A DNA stretch of 64,000 nt from Eledone cirrhosa. Its lineage: Eukaryota. The notes beneath the pieces were generated by a model. The model saw nothing but the letters and a program-made list of their open reading frames with translations, was not told the origin of the DNA and did not search any database. The position numbers and the translations under genes were made by a program. Shown here one piece after another: positions 1 through 14,300 of this stretch (the stretch's first letter is position 1; each line of letters starts with the position of its first letter). The stretch is from assembly GCA_964016885.1 (NCBI GenBank), contig OZ024743.1:77438001-77502000 (forward strand), in the 5' to 3' direction.

Positions 1-812
1 ATTAATTGAAACAAAAATAGTTTTTATACATTGCTAAATTTTTTCAGCATAGATCATCATCATCATCATATAGCAAGAGGTATATGTAATAGTGGAGCTG
101 ATATGTTGAAGACTTTTTTTCCATTTCTCAGCTGCTATAGAAAATTGAATTCTAACTCAAATATGATAAAGTATTCAAGAGATACAGAGTCCTGTTCTCC
201 GTAGCTGTTGCTGCCCCCCCCCCCCCCATCTATAGGGGTTGTTTAGCTATTATTTATAGTGATCAACTGTTGTTATAGTTATTTTCTGAGTTTAGGATTC
301 CCACATTTCCAAATATATACACACTGTGTGTATCTGTCTATATGCTAGTTTAGAAGAAATCAGACTTTGAAATGACAATGATGAATATATTTTTCAGAAT
401 ATATTTATATTTATATATGTCATGCTTTTGTGAAAAATAGAATACTGTGTTTAACAATTTTATGAAATACATTACTAATATGTATCAATATATTTATAAA
501 ACAGTCAAGAATTTGGAAGAATTTAGTTAAATTACTTTCTCAATATTAACTCTTTTATTATCGTATTTGGAGTGAGTTATTAAAGAATTTGGAGGGATTT
601 ACTAAAATTATTATTTCATTATCACAATGTTGTTTGTGGAAATTTTCAAGGAATGCATAAATAACATCAGTAATGATGTAAATATAGAAAAACTGTGTTT
701 TATTGTAAAATAATCACTCCAGATATTTTAGCACCTTATTTACATTGAATTTGAAGTTGATGAAAATCAGCTCAATTTTTTCCTTATCATATTTCTCAGC
801 TTATATTTGAGT

Positions 813-1320
813 ATCATCATCATCGTTTAACGTCCATTTTCCACGCTAGCATGGGTCTGGACGGGAATTGTCCCACTTGAGGCAAGATTGGTTGTCTTGC
901 TCAGGACTGTCTGGCGGGTTTTCTACGGCTGGATGCCCTTCCTAACACCAACCACGTTTACAGTGTGGACTGGGAGGTTTTTACCGTGTTACCTACACGG
1001 CCACATTACAGCGTGGACTGTGTGTTTTATTGTCGTGACACCTACACGCCTGGCGGGTTTTCTACGGCTGGGTGCCCTTCCCAACACCAACCACGTTTAC
1101 AGTATGTACTGGGAGGTTTTTACTGTGTTACCAACACGGCCACATTACAGCGTGGACTGTGTTTTTTTTGTCGTGACACCTACACGACCTCATATGTTTC
1201 GGACTGGATGTTGTGGTACCAACAAAACTTCACATTTAAGGGGGTGGTGTGGATGGGGTGGGAGTAGTGGGACGGGTGTATTTTGTTAGAGGTGCCTACT
1301 GACTGTAGGTTTCGCTATAT
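813..1320 (-). mobile_element. RTE LINE 3' UTR/tail fragment
   Basis: Begins with (CAT)n-CGTTTAACGTCC, the reverse of the (GAT)n tail, and matches the 3' UTR of the RTE copy at 29530-29916. Confidence 0.85.
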
Positions 1321-1496
1321 ATGGTAAATTTTCAATTTCTTTAAGAGAAAACTTCAGATGTCACTGGTCAACAATATAGTTGATACAATAGGGCAGTCAC
1401 TACTACTCTGTAAAGAATAGCAGTCAAATCTTTCTCAAATCAAACTCTACTGTTATAAAAAGGAAGGGCATATTGAATAATGAAGTCTTATATATC

Positions 1497-1760
1497 TGTG
1501 GAGGTGTGTGGCCAAATGGTAATGGTGTTGGACTTACAATCATAATGTTGTGGGTTTGATTCCTGGGCTAGGTTGTGTATTGTGTTCTTGAGCAAAATAC
1601 TTTATTTCACGTTGCTCCAGTATACTCAGCTGAGTACCAGCAATAGCTGGGAGTTTAACCCTGTGATAGACTGGCATCCTGTCCAGGAAGGAGTCTTGTA
1701 CTCTGTCGTTTCACATCATGAAACACTGGCTTGATGGGCTTCCTGGCTTGAAACAGACTT
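1497..1760 (+). mobile_element. tRNA-derived SINE (family A), decayed
   Basis: A-box-like TGGCC..TGG, B-box-like GGTTTGATTCC, then TTGAGCAAAATACTTTATTTCACGTTGCTCCAG, which recurs at 59207, 60130 and 63848. Confidence 0.7.
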
Positions 1761-2419
1761 TAGGAGTCTTACATACACTGAAAAAAAGAAGTGATGGTTA
1801 TGAGTGGAATACTTTTTGTTCATAAGCTTACTGGATCAGTGTTGATCAAGGTCTAAACAACCTATTGGTAAAACACCATAATCAGTTTTACTGACATGGG
1901 TTAGATAGGTCATCATGTGATTTGTCAGATAATCACGACATTACAATTTTATTTAGTTTTTGATCAATAGTGATTAGTTAAATTGAGATGAGCTACTATG
2001 AATCACTCTCGTCAATGTTTTAGGAGTCTAATCAATGTTTTTTTCGTTTTTAACTCTATTGAATTGTAAAATTAAAATCCAACTTGATATACACCTCACC
2101 CCTGTAGAATAGAGAGGATTCTTCAGTTGAGTGAATGATAACCTTTCTAGTGCCAATGCCATGATAAAAATACCCAGTACACTTTGAAAGATGGTTGGCA
2201 ATAGGAAGGGCACCTTGCTGTAGAAACCATGCCAAAAAGGGTTGGGAAGACTCTTTTGTAGTGTCATAGACATGATAGACTCTCTAGTGTTGGTGATCCA
2301 ACCATAGAAAACCTGCCAAAAAGGGTTTGGAAGACTTTTGTTATATCATAGACATGATACCCTCCATAGTGTTGGTGTTCCATCTGTAGAAAACCTGCCA
2401 AACAAAGGGTCATGAGGAC

Positions 2420-3575
2420 TCTCTAGTGTTGGTACTACAATATGACCTCCTCTCTAGTGTTGGTACTACAATATGACATCTTCTCTAGTGTTGGTGCTAC
2501 AATATGACCTCTTTAGTATTGGTACTACAATATGACCTCTTCTTTAGTGTTGGTGCTACTATATGACCTCTTCTCTAGTGTTGGTGCTACAATATGACCT
2601 CTTCTTTAGTGTTGGTGCTACAATATGGCCTCTTCTCTAGTGTTGGTGCTACAATATGACCTCTTTAGTGTTGGTGCTACAATATGACCTCTTCTCTAGT
2701 GTTGGTGCTACAATATGGCCTCTTCTCTAGTGTTGGTGCTACAATATGACCTCTTCTCTAGTGTTGGTGCTACAATATGACCTCTTCTCTAGTGTTGGTG
2801 CTACAATATGACCTCTTCTCTAGTGTTGGTACTACAATATGACCTCTTCTCTAGTGTTGGTACTACAATATGACCTCTTCTCTAGTGTTGGTACTACAAT
2901 ATGACCTCTTCTCTAGTGTTGGTACTACAATATGACCTCTTCTCTAGTGTTGGTACTACAATATGACCTCTTCTCTAGTGTTGGTACTACAATATGACCT
3001 CTTCTCTAGTGTTGGTGCTACAATATGACCTCTTCTCTAGTGTTGGTGCTACAATATGACCTCTTCTCTAGTGTTGGTGCTACAATATGACCTCTTCTCT
3101 AGTGTTGGTGCTACAATATGACCTCTTCTCTAGTGTTGGTGCTACAATATGACCTCTTCTCTAGTGTTGGTGCTACAATATGACCTCTTCTCTAGTGTTG
3201 GTGCTACAATATGACCTCTTCTCTAGTGTTGGTGCTACAATATGACCTCTTCTCTAGTGTTGGTGCTACAATATGACCTCTTCTCTAGTGTTGGTGCTAC
3301 AATATGACCTCTTCTCTAGTGTTGGTGCTACAATATGACCTCTTCTCTAGTGTTGGTGCTACAATATGACCTCTTCTCTAGTGTTGGTGCTACAATATGA
3401 CCTCTTCTCTAGTGTTGGTACTACAATATGACCTCTTCTCTAGTGTTGGTACTACAATATGACCTCTTCTCTAGTGTTGGTACTACAATATGACCTCTTC
3501 TCTAGTGTTGGTACTACAATATGACCTCTTCTCTAGTGTTGGTACTACAATATGACCTTCTCTAGTGTTGGTGCC
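2420..3575. repeat. 31-bp minisatellite (CTCTAGTGTTGGT(G/A)CTACAATATGACCTCTT), ~37 copies
   Basis: Period read directly (TAGTG at 2821 and 2852); G and A variants occur in blocks. Confidence 0.97.
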
Positions 3576-4481
3576 ACTGTAAAATGGACAGAGTATGTGA
3601 CGACATGTTCAGCTCTTGCTCGTAGGGAAAACATATGTTAAATGATGATGATGTTTCAACTTGATTCATTTTCAAAATCATATTGTTATCAACCTAGCCA
3701 AAACCAGCAATTTTAAAGGGTACCTATTTAAATTAAAATCTACCAACATATCTTAAGTTACTTTTTTAGTCATGAAATAATGAATAAATTTAATAAATCA
3801 CTCAAAATTCTTCATTAATTAATTTAAATAATCTAATTCATTAGAAGTATGGTCACAACAGAATTAAACTATTTTATCTTTACATACGATGTATGAATTC
3901 TTTGAAAATTGAAAATTTGCTTCTAGTTGTTGCAGTGCTTCTAATTACTGCTCTCTAATGAACGAGAAGTGGGGTAAAATAATTTTCTTTATAATGTAAT
4001 ACCAATACTGGTCACGTAAGGAAGGTAGATCTGTTGGTGATTGTAATCATATAAACTAGATCAATGATTGCAACTTCAATCCAGACACATCTCTAAATCA
4101 GAGTGTAATACTCTTCCCACCTATTAAAATTCTCTATTGGAATTATTCGTTTCAATGACAACGATGCTTATTTCTCAAGGTATCAAAATCTTCTGTGTTA
4201 TTGTGAAAAATGTTTGATTTGTAGATAACATCTCCAAAATAATTAACTACTCCTATTCAAATCTACAAAAGAAATAAGAAATCCCTTACCTTTTGATCAT
4301 ATCAAAGTTCATTATAATGATTTAAAAAACAAACTACCAATTGTAAGTCTCTTTATTTTTTCAGTATCTCTGAATAAGTCTGTAAGATAGAAAATAATGT
4401 TGAAATAATTGTATGCATGTTATTTAAGTTTTTGGAACTTATCAATAAATATATGTCTCTTTTTCTTATAATTCTTTCTAG

Positions 4482-4810
4482 ATGTTCTTGCACTTGCTGC
4501 TAGCATCCGGGAATTAACTTTACTTACCAGAAAAGCACGAACATCCTGCTGGTGTGCTCTCCAGATTGCTGGAAATAACTCACTAATTTCTAAAAATGGA
4601 ATAATAGAGCCACCACAATACTTCTCCAATGACTTTAACTCTGCTGGTGATAAAAAGATGAACAGTATGGTTAATAAAACAGCTGTAAATTTACAAATGC
4701 TGCAACTGAAAAATGCTTTCAGTAACAGTATTAGAGTTCCATCCAATTCCATGTCGGGTCTTCATAAATCTGTTTCTCTTACCACAAATCCTGTACCAAA
4801 TGCCTCTTAA
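4482..4810 (+). CDS. Probable terminal coding exon of an unidentified gene (xVLALAASIRELTLLTRKARTSCWCALQIAG...NPVPNAS*)
   Basis: Polypyrimidine tract and TTTCTAG acceptor ending at 4481; ~109 open codons to TAA at 4808-4810; higher GC than the flanks. The listed minus-strand ORF 4420-4752 is its antisense shadow. Family not recognised. Confidence 0.75.
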
Positions 4811-7800
4811 AGGGAATAGCTACTCAAAGGGCTTACTTGCTTCAGCTCTTGGGAATTCACACATTTCTAGATAACAATAAGAAATAAATACATTTTTAAA
4901 AGCATGTTTTTAAAATTTTGAATATTAATTTATCAAAATTTTGGTTTTAAATAGTAGATATCAATTATATAAATTAAACTTATTTGATGTTTTCTTGACT
5001 AAAATATCAAACATTCAACTAAATTCAAACCTAGATTTAAGTATCAAAATTGATTCAAATGAAAATGTATTCAGAATAGTTTTTTTTCTAGTCATTTATT
5101 TTTACTGTGATATTGTTTTGATAAATTATCAAATCTGTAAACACCATGACAGTGTTTTAAATATTGGTTTTATTTAAATTGTTTCTGACAAGTTATTCCA
5201 TACATTCTCATAAAAATCAACTTTTAATTTCTCCCTCTAAACATTATACATCATAAACAACTGTTTAAATTGGGAAAAGTTTAAATCTGAAATGTGGTCG
5301 TCCCAACACAGAAATGACCAAAATAATAGTTGGTCAATATAAACAAAGAATCAGGTAAAATATTCCTGGAGATGAAAAAACTTTTTCTGTTTCCAGGGGT
5401 ATTTTACCTAATTTACTCAACTATTATTTATAGTAATCAACTGTTATTATGGTCATTTCAAATTATGTATTATGTATAATGTTTAATTAATATTTATTAT
5501 AAGCTAGCATATTCATTTGGACCCCCCCCCCCCCCCCCCAAAAAAAAAAATCAGCTTCTATAATTTACTGAGTAGAAGTGTATTTTTAATTAACTTGGGT
5601 TTTAAGTCTTTGCTGTCTGTAATAATAATAACTATTATTGTTATTAATATTATTATTGTGATTATAATAGGTATGTTTCTCCTCTATGAGAATTCTAAAA
5701 GCATCTATTTAGAGATGTGTATTTTCCCTTGATGCTTTTTTCCCTTATTACTATTATTTATAAAAATTGTGGCAATTCCTGATTCCCCTCCCTTGCTCTT
5801 TTTTTCAGCACAGCATATTTTTCTGAAAATTCTAACATTCATATCCTTTATATATATTTTTTTTTTTAATGGAAACTAATTGTTTTAATATTAAGAGTAT
5901 ATTTTGTAAGTGGAAAAGAACATAATGAAGCCTGAAAATCTTATTCACTCCTCAAAGTACAATATACACATTTTACTGTGTGTATTCTTATATGTCTATT
6001 TCCCTCTATAACTTGTGTTAGAGATTGTATTCAAACAGATATGTGCACTGTTATGTATTAAAAAAAAAAAGGAATATATCAGAGACTCTGAAATATCAAA
6101 TGCACACTTTTTAAAAAAATTAAATTAAATTCATTCATAACAGCTCAGTGTTCTCTATTCTCTGCTGGAGCTTAATTGACATTCCAATTTATAAAACCCA
6201 AACAACACTGGCTTAATGGATGATATAGATTTCTATCTGTCTGATATAGATTTACAGTCTTAAAACATTCAAAAGCTATGGTAGTATCTAGTTGAGATAT
6301 TTATCATGAAACAACTTTTAATGCTTTCAAAAATTATTAAATACAGATATGTTATTTTAGTAACTTTTGCTTAAAATGTAAAACATTGTAAAATATTAAT
6401 TTTAATTTTTTTAAATGTATTTAAAAATTTTTTTTTTATCAATAATATAATTATCTAGTCATTTCAAAATTTCTTGAAATACCTTACACTCCTTATTTAG
6501 TATATTATATTTTTAACTACTTTATTTAGATATTTACACATATTTCGTATCCTATTTCACATCTTTTTCATATTAGAAATCTATTTCAAGTTTAGATTAG
6601 CATATTTATATCTAAAATTATGTCTCATAACTTTATTTAATTCATTTTTTAAATGTCAGTTGGGTTATTTGTTAATATTTAAATAATTTCCAAAATGATA
6701 TTTAAAATTTTTGTTTGGTATTTTCATAGATAACTTAGAATTTAATTTAAATGATAAGAGGGTGTAAATGAATGTATGTATGACTTATTTATATGATGTG
6801 TAAAATCTGTTTAACACTTTTAGGACTTTTTTTTTTTACATTTAGTAAGGAAAAATTATTTAGGAATCTTTTGAATACCTCTAAATAATCTGTGAGTTTT
6901 AACTGTTTTCTGCAAAGAAATAATTCTGTTATTTTTAATCTAATTATTTCTTAGTATAATTAATTTATTAAATTTCCTTTACATTATTTCTTATTATTAT
7001 CATGTCTCAGTAAATGTATTTATGATAAAATATTACTTTCTCAATGGATTGTATTCCTAAGACATTGTAACTAGAGAATTGACTTTTTGATATTTTTGTG
7101 AGCATAAAAGTATTCTATTTAAATTTAACATGTTTTTTTACTTTCACATATATCTTGTTCTTATGACATTGCTTCCTATTAGATAAGCTCATTCTAAAGA
7201 GTATTTTTTTAATTTTTTTTTTATTTAATTGTAGATTTACTACAAAAATAAAAGATTGAAGGGAATTCTGATCTGATACTCAATGAAATAGTTGGAAAAT
7301 AGCTGGTTCATATGTAAGAATTAAGGTTATAAAATATTTTAAAATATATGGAAATGGCTGTTAACTATTTGGAGATTGAGTTTTGTTTTGTTCTCATTTT
7401 TTCACTCCAATGTTATTTATCTGAAATTAGACTTCAAAAATTGAGAAAAAAATTTAATTCATAAAGTTAACTGTTTTAAACGATGTTCTGTATTAGATAA
7501 TGTTTATAAATAGTTATGTTAAAGATAATTTGATGAAATATAATCTTTGCTTTAGTATAACTTGCAAATCATAGATAGAGAGTTGACGTTTGGATATTTT
7601 TGTGAGCTTAGCATCTGACATCCAGATTCATTTATCTGAATTTATTTATTTGTTACTTCCCACTTTAAACTGCTGTTAAATAGTGGAGCATAGATCTCTC
7701 TTCAGTTGCTGTTTGTATATAAAGAGAATAGGGAATTCTTGGTTGCCATGTTAATGTTATTTCGGTTATCGTTTGATTACTTCTATGAGGTAACCTTGTT

Positions 7801-10800
7801 TGAGCACTTTATTTCGAGTGAAGTGGCTGAGCAGAGAGAAAAAATACTCTGTTAACATTCATTTAGCTTTTTTTACTTCATATATTTGAGTTTAGTATGG
7901 GCTTATGTATTTGAATTACTTGGAGTGTGTTCTGGTATTTTACTCTTGAATTTTAATAGTTAGTAATTTAGGATAACCTTTAGGTGCAAATGGCTTTAAT
8001 TAAACCTTTTTTTTTAATTGAAATTGTTAATATTATGAGAAGGACCAAATTTGTGTATCTGCTATTTAAATGCTTTTTTTATATTTATTGGAAACTGATT
8101 TATTCTATTGATACATTTTATTTGATCAGTTTCTTTTTATCTATCTCAGAGCTGTTGCTTTGTTTCATTGTTGTAATATTTTCTGACATTCAGATTCACT
8201 AAAATTTGAAACAATTGTCATTGTATCATGTTATTTAAACTTATATTCTCTACTGACATTGGGCTGTTTAAATATTGAATAACCTGCAATTATATTAAAT
8301 CTGACTTCCAGTTAGCCCCACATTTTACTATGATTTTCTAGTCATAATACTGATATAATCTTTTTACTTTTTCCCTCCTTCAATGACTCATATTTTCACA
8401 TATAGCTAGTATATTGTAGACATTTGAAGCCTGTAGATTTAATATATTGTGTTGCTTATTCAGTGAAGTTGAGTTGGAAAATATATTTATTTTAAATATT
8501 ATAATCAACTATATTTGCATACAGTTATATGCAATTTTGTGCTTATTCTTTTATATTTTTGATATAACTAGAAAATCATAATTGTATTTAAAAATTTGGG
8601 GTTTAGGCACTGCACATCTTAGTGATGTTTATTTCATCTTTTTATTTTCAGTCATACTCTATAATCAAATTCACTAAAAAGACTCCTATTTTTCTAAGAA
8701 AAATACAACTTTCTTCCTATTTGTCACTCCAGAAAACATGGTGTTTGGGTTAAATTGTGGACAATGCTAAAATGAAATCACTTTAATTTACCCATACCTT
8801 GTAATTTATTCAAAAACATTTTCAAAGAATTAGTTTTCTTTATATTTTTCATGTTACTGCCAAGTTGAGCACAAAGCTTATTTTAGTATTTATCACCTTT
8901 AGCTTTCATTCCCACCATTGACTGTAAGTGGATATTTCATTATATTTGTGATTTGTATTTAATATGAGTGAAAGAATCTCTAATGAAGTAAAATGAAATA
9001 AGACAATTTGCAATTTGGCTTCAGAATAAAATTAAAAAAATTGTAAAGCTTGCTATTAATGCCACATTGCCATCAACCCCATTTTATAGCAATTTGGGAA
9101 TTCAGTCAGGTCTATGTGATAGCAAGATAATGAAATATTGTGTTTTTTTTTTTTTTTTTTTTTTTTTTTTCAACACAGTTGAAAATGAGTTTTTTCAGCA
9201 ATACACTTTATATGCCTTTTCATACTGTCATAACCTATTCAGAGGCTTTAGATAGCTTTTGGTTATTTTCAGTATTCTGATGAAAACTTCCATAGTTGTA
9301 AAAATATTACAGAGTTTTTTGTTGTGTTAATTTTTCATGCATAATTTAAAAAAAAAATTCTAATTTATTTTGTTCATCTAAAATTTCAGAGATTTTATTC
9401 ATTATCTAATTTGCATATTCTATAGCTTCATTTTATTTTTGTCTATTAAAATTGTAGACTTGATTCAGGTTCCATTACCAACTTTTAAAGTATATTATGT
9501 ATTTTAGAATATTTGCAGAGATTTAATCACTTTGAAAAAATTCATTTATTAAAAGAATAATGTAGAATGAAAACATTTTCTATAGCAAATATGCATATTA
9601 ATGAACCACAGTTCTACATTTTTTCATTGAAGTCAATACATTTTATAATTTTTGACTCGTAGATGTCAGCATATACATTGTGTATATAACTTCATAAGAT
9701 AAAATAAATCACCTTATATCCATATTTATATCTTCAACTTAGCCATTTTTAATATACAGTAGAAAGCTATTTGTCTATTTGGCTGACTAGTGGAATTAAA
9801 TTATAACTTTTTTTTTTCTAAAATAAAACCATACAAGTTGCATAATTAAACATTTACTGTGATTAGGTATACTTTATAAAGCTTAGTAGCATGTTATTTT
9901 GAAATTATGTGTTAGAAATTACTCTACTAGAATTATTGATCTTGTTAAAGTAACTAGTTTATTCTAAATAATTAATCAGAAAATATCTTTTCTCCAAATA
10001 TTACTGTCTTGAAATATTCTTTAGATTTTTTTAGAAATATTTTTCCTCGCAATAAAAAAAGAGTAAAATATTTTATCAACATCTATGTTTCAGACGCAAG
10101 TTTAAAAAAATTATTTCTTGGTGTAGTTAGTGCATAAGTAATTGTCTTATTTGGAGAGCGAGAGAGAAAGAGAAAATTTAATTTCCAATATGTTTGGAGG
10201 AGATAACATTTTGTGAAGTAAGGCCAACACTTCATTGTCTAAGTAGAATTATTAAACTTAGTGTTAGAAACTAATGAAATATTTCTTATGAAATAATTTA
10301 AAATATTTAATTGATTTTTCTCACATTTTCTTTTGGAATTTGATTTCATTGTACTCTGAATTCATCTTGTGTTGTGATATATACCTGAGCTTTAAAACAT
10401 TTTCTACAATACCATAGTTATCAGGATAACTTTGCATTAACATGTTATGTATATATAATATGCTATAATTTATTAATTATTATTTATTATAGAAAAGAGA
10501 AAAAATATTTTTCTTAATTATGTATTTATTTAAGCCAGAAGAATGCACTAATATTGTCTTTTGCTTGTAAATTTTGAATCTTGAATAATTTCATAGATTG
10601 AATATGATAGTATTTCTTATTAAATTATTATTTCTATGAGTTTTAGGCTAATGATAAAAATAGATTCTGAAAACCAGTGTATAAAGCTTAATCTTACAAT
10701 GTTATCCAGCTTTTAAAAATACCTAATTTTTTAAATTAATATCTGTTAAAGTTTACCCCTATTTTTTTATTGGCTTTTTAGTTTTCTTTTGCATTACAAT

Positions 10801-10957
10801 TGTTTCACTATTGTATTGTAATTATTATTGTTTATTTATCTTAACTGAAAGAGATATATCCTGCCAATTATATATATGTGTGTGTGTATATATATTGTGT
10901 GTGTGTATAATTTTTGTTTTTTTGTAAATAGTACTTTATTTTAAAACATTGGATTAG

Positions 10958-10990
<33 letters not shown>

Positions 10991-10997
<7 letters not shown>

Positions 10998-11072
10998 GTA
11001 ATAATATTGGTTCATAACATAAGTGTATATATATATATACTTATGTTATGAACCAATATTATTACTTTAATA
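10991..11072. repeat. Perfect 34-bp inverted repeat with a (TA)n loop
   Basis: TATTAAAGTAATAATATTGGTTCATAACATAAGT (10991-11024) is the exact reverse complement of 11039-11072. Confidence 0.95.
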
Positions 11073-11288
11073 ATTTATTAACATGATCAATTAATATTTT
11101 AGAAAGTGTACAATTATAAAATTTAGCACTTTATATTAAATATTTTGTATTTTTTATTTATTTATATCACTTTATTGTAAATTATTTTTTATGAGAACTC
11201 TTGTCTAATTACATATATCTTTCACCCCCCCCCCCTCCCCCATTGTCTGTATAAAAGGTATTCTGTCAGCTGGTATATTTTAAGATAT

Positions 11289-11329
11289 AATAATGAGAAT
11301 TATTGTGTACAGTGCTCAGGTGCACTACA
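11289..11329 (-). mobile_element. ~40-bp 3' tail remnant of the CR1/L2-type LINE
   Basis: TATTGTGTACAGTGCTCAGGTGCACTACA is identical to the LINE tail at ~18650-18678. Confidence 0.8.
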
Positions 11330-14300
11330 AAACCACTTTTGTTAATTTAAAAAAAAAAAGTTTTATTGGGAAACTTTTAAGATTAATGATGAATTCTTCT
11401 ACTGATGATTTAATATTTTTGTGCAGAGGAGGGGTTCTATTAAGCTCTATCCATCTACTAAATATGATCAATTCATCTATAACAGATGTTTTGTCATAAT
11501 GGAAATCTACTGGCAGATTTCAATATAATTTTTAAAACATTTTAAAATATGAATTTAACAGCCTTCCAGAATTCAGTTGGTTGTGAGTCATGTCCTCATT
11601 TATACAGTTCCTTATTATTAACAGTTAGCTCTTTTTAGGAGGAAAATAATTTAACTTTTAAGAATTTAAGCTTTATATAAATTGAAATTTCAAGAACAAA
11701 ACCCTTTCAATTTAGCTTTTAATAAAACAGTATGCTATTTTTATCATTATTCTAACTAAAAAAAGAGGCAATGATGAAGTTGAAATAATTTAAAAGATAA
11801 TTAAAATTTACTGTCTCCCTCTGCTACCTTCATGTTTTATAATAGGTAATCTTGTTTAAAACTGTTTAACAGTTCATCTCTTTCATTACATTTTATAATA
11901 AAGAGCCTTAAATCAGTTCATATCAAGCTATCAATAAAATACTGTTATCAGGATATTTCTGAATAGTGTGTCCTTTTCAAACTTGTTCTCAAATGTTTCT
12001 CTCTCTTGCCTTGAATTTTTGATCTATTCATTGTTTAAAAAATTGCAAACTCGCAATTACTGTTTAGTCATTTAGTTGTTTTTTTCTTTAAGTAAATTCA
12101 CATTTTGACACAAACATTACATTGCATAATTTTTTTTTTTGCATATACCATCTTTTTATTACTAGCATGCAACTTAACATTTGGTACCCAGTTGAATGCA
12201 TTGTAAATAAATCTTCACTAGTGCAATTTGGGTAATTTTAAAATGTGTTTGTAAGCAAGTTTATATTTTTCATAAAATGTATTTTTGTAGCTATTAGACT
12301 CTTGATAATTTTAATCCATTTGATAATGTTGGAACATACTTTGCTAATTAACTTTCCAACATTATGTGCTGGCTGAACCAAATAATGTTTATATTTTCTT
12401 TCATTCCAACTATTATTATTTATTTTTGATCATCCTTTAGTTATTGATTGATTGATTTTTATGGATCATTTATATCCAGGGTTGTCTTTTGAAATAAGTT
12501 TTTTTTTATACAATCATTTTATTATTATTATTATTGCAAGCATATGGCAAACTTTTAAAATTCATTTACTTGGTGTATTGTTTTTTTTTTTTTATTATTA
12601 GTTATTCCTAAAATTACTTTTATGACTACATTTTTAAAGACGTCTGAAATAGTATTAGAGTGTTTTCAATACTCTATATTAGATGATATTACTATATACA
12701 GCTAAGAAATCCCACTCAGATTTCATGTCTACTTCTGAAATACCTTTGACAAAACTGGTTTTACAACTATTCACTTAAATATCTTTGGATCTGAACACTG
12801 CTGTTTTCATCTCATCTGAGAGAAGGAACTTTAGTGGATAGTCATTTTAGTTCTGTTTCATTTGTTACATTCTTCAATTCATTTGAAGGTTTTTCATTTT
12901 GTTGGAAACATTATTTTTGTTAATATAAATATCTCTGCATTTAATCTTAGATATTTGTTTTGTTAATTAAGTGTATATCATATATTTTCTTGGCATTGGT
13001 GGTATATTTAGTTGGAAACAGATTAAGTCAATATTTTAATCTTAATTTTCATTTCTAACTAAAATTTTGTGGTTTCTAGTTGTATTATCAGTTTCTTTTA
13101 GTCATTCTGTCCATTGTTTTGGTTCTTAGAAACTCTTTTTTAATCAGATTTCTATCTAGTTAATTCTTTTTTTTTTTTTTTTTTATCAAACTGCTGTTTT
13201 TTTATCTGTTATTTTTTTTTATAACAACAAAATACTTTTTAATCCTTAAAGTGAGGCCAAAGAAATTATATTTGTATTTAAACTAAATATTAATGAACTA
13301 CATAATCTTTTGCATCAATTTCATAAATTTCTTTAAATGTTTTAATATTGGCATCTGCTAAGATTCATTGTAGCTTTTTGACCTTCCTTCAATTGTTTCT
13401 ATTTATGTCAATAGCTAGTTTGTCCCTGGTTTGACAATAAAATGATGAGAAACTTTAATGAATTTTGAATTACATAATTATGTAGATACCAGTTTTACTC
13501 CTTTTTTAAGTTGTGATATTTTCAAAAATAAGTGTTGCCTTTTTGTTTTGTAGATTAGCACTTGGAATTTTCCTGATTCCTTTACAATCAGTTGAACAAA
13601 ATATTTCTTTCTTTCTATCTATTTTTGCTATGATGCTATGGTAAATGCCAGATTTAATTGTAGCTTGTGTAATTTTTTTCACTAATATATTATTTTCGTT
13701 GTTTTAATATTTTCTGTGCTTACTGTTTATGGTATTTTAATATTGCTTAAAATTTTCCTTATTCTTCAGAAAATTTGTTTCTAAACAAAATTAGAATTTT
13801 TTTTATGTGCAAAGTTAACACATAAACAATTAGCTACAAATTTCTTTGTATAACCATTTGGTTCCTGTTTATCTAGTTGCCTTAAAACAGTGACTCTCTT
13901 GAAGGTGCTGTATGATATGTTGGTATCTACTCTGTTTCATAAACAATGGTCAAATTGTCTTGCATGTACTTGTAGGCAGCAGAAATTTTAACTTAGATCT
14001 TTTTATGCAAAAATAAAAATTATAATAAAAATAAAATATTATGTTGCAGCAGAATTTGCTCTTGTTGGAAAATAAATAGTTTATAGTTGCATGTGAAACA
14101 GAAGTACTCAGTACTATGGTGTGGCTGGATGTTGAAAATAGCATCAGGATTTTGTCTTAACAAATATCTGTTTTGACTCTTTTCTAGAAATATAAAAAGT
14201 ATCACCTTTTTCCAAAATATATGGCATATTTTATTCATGTTTCTTTATAATTCTGCATTCTGTTCTATTTAGTATGATGTTTAGTATTTAGTACAATAGT

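Noticed and set aside
888-1289. Recurrent ORFs with GWMPFLTPTTFTVW (also near 23946, 25198, 29611, 41352, 52969)
   Set aside because: Antisense translations of the RTE 3' UTR repeat, not a gene family.
4420-4752. 110-aa minus-strand ORF
   Set aside because: Antisense shadow of the plus-strand exon, which has proper splice and stop signals.
9270-9312. Hammerhead-like CTGATGA-AAACT..AGTT-GTAAA
   Set aside because: The GAAA core is broken and no convincing stem I or III is present.
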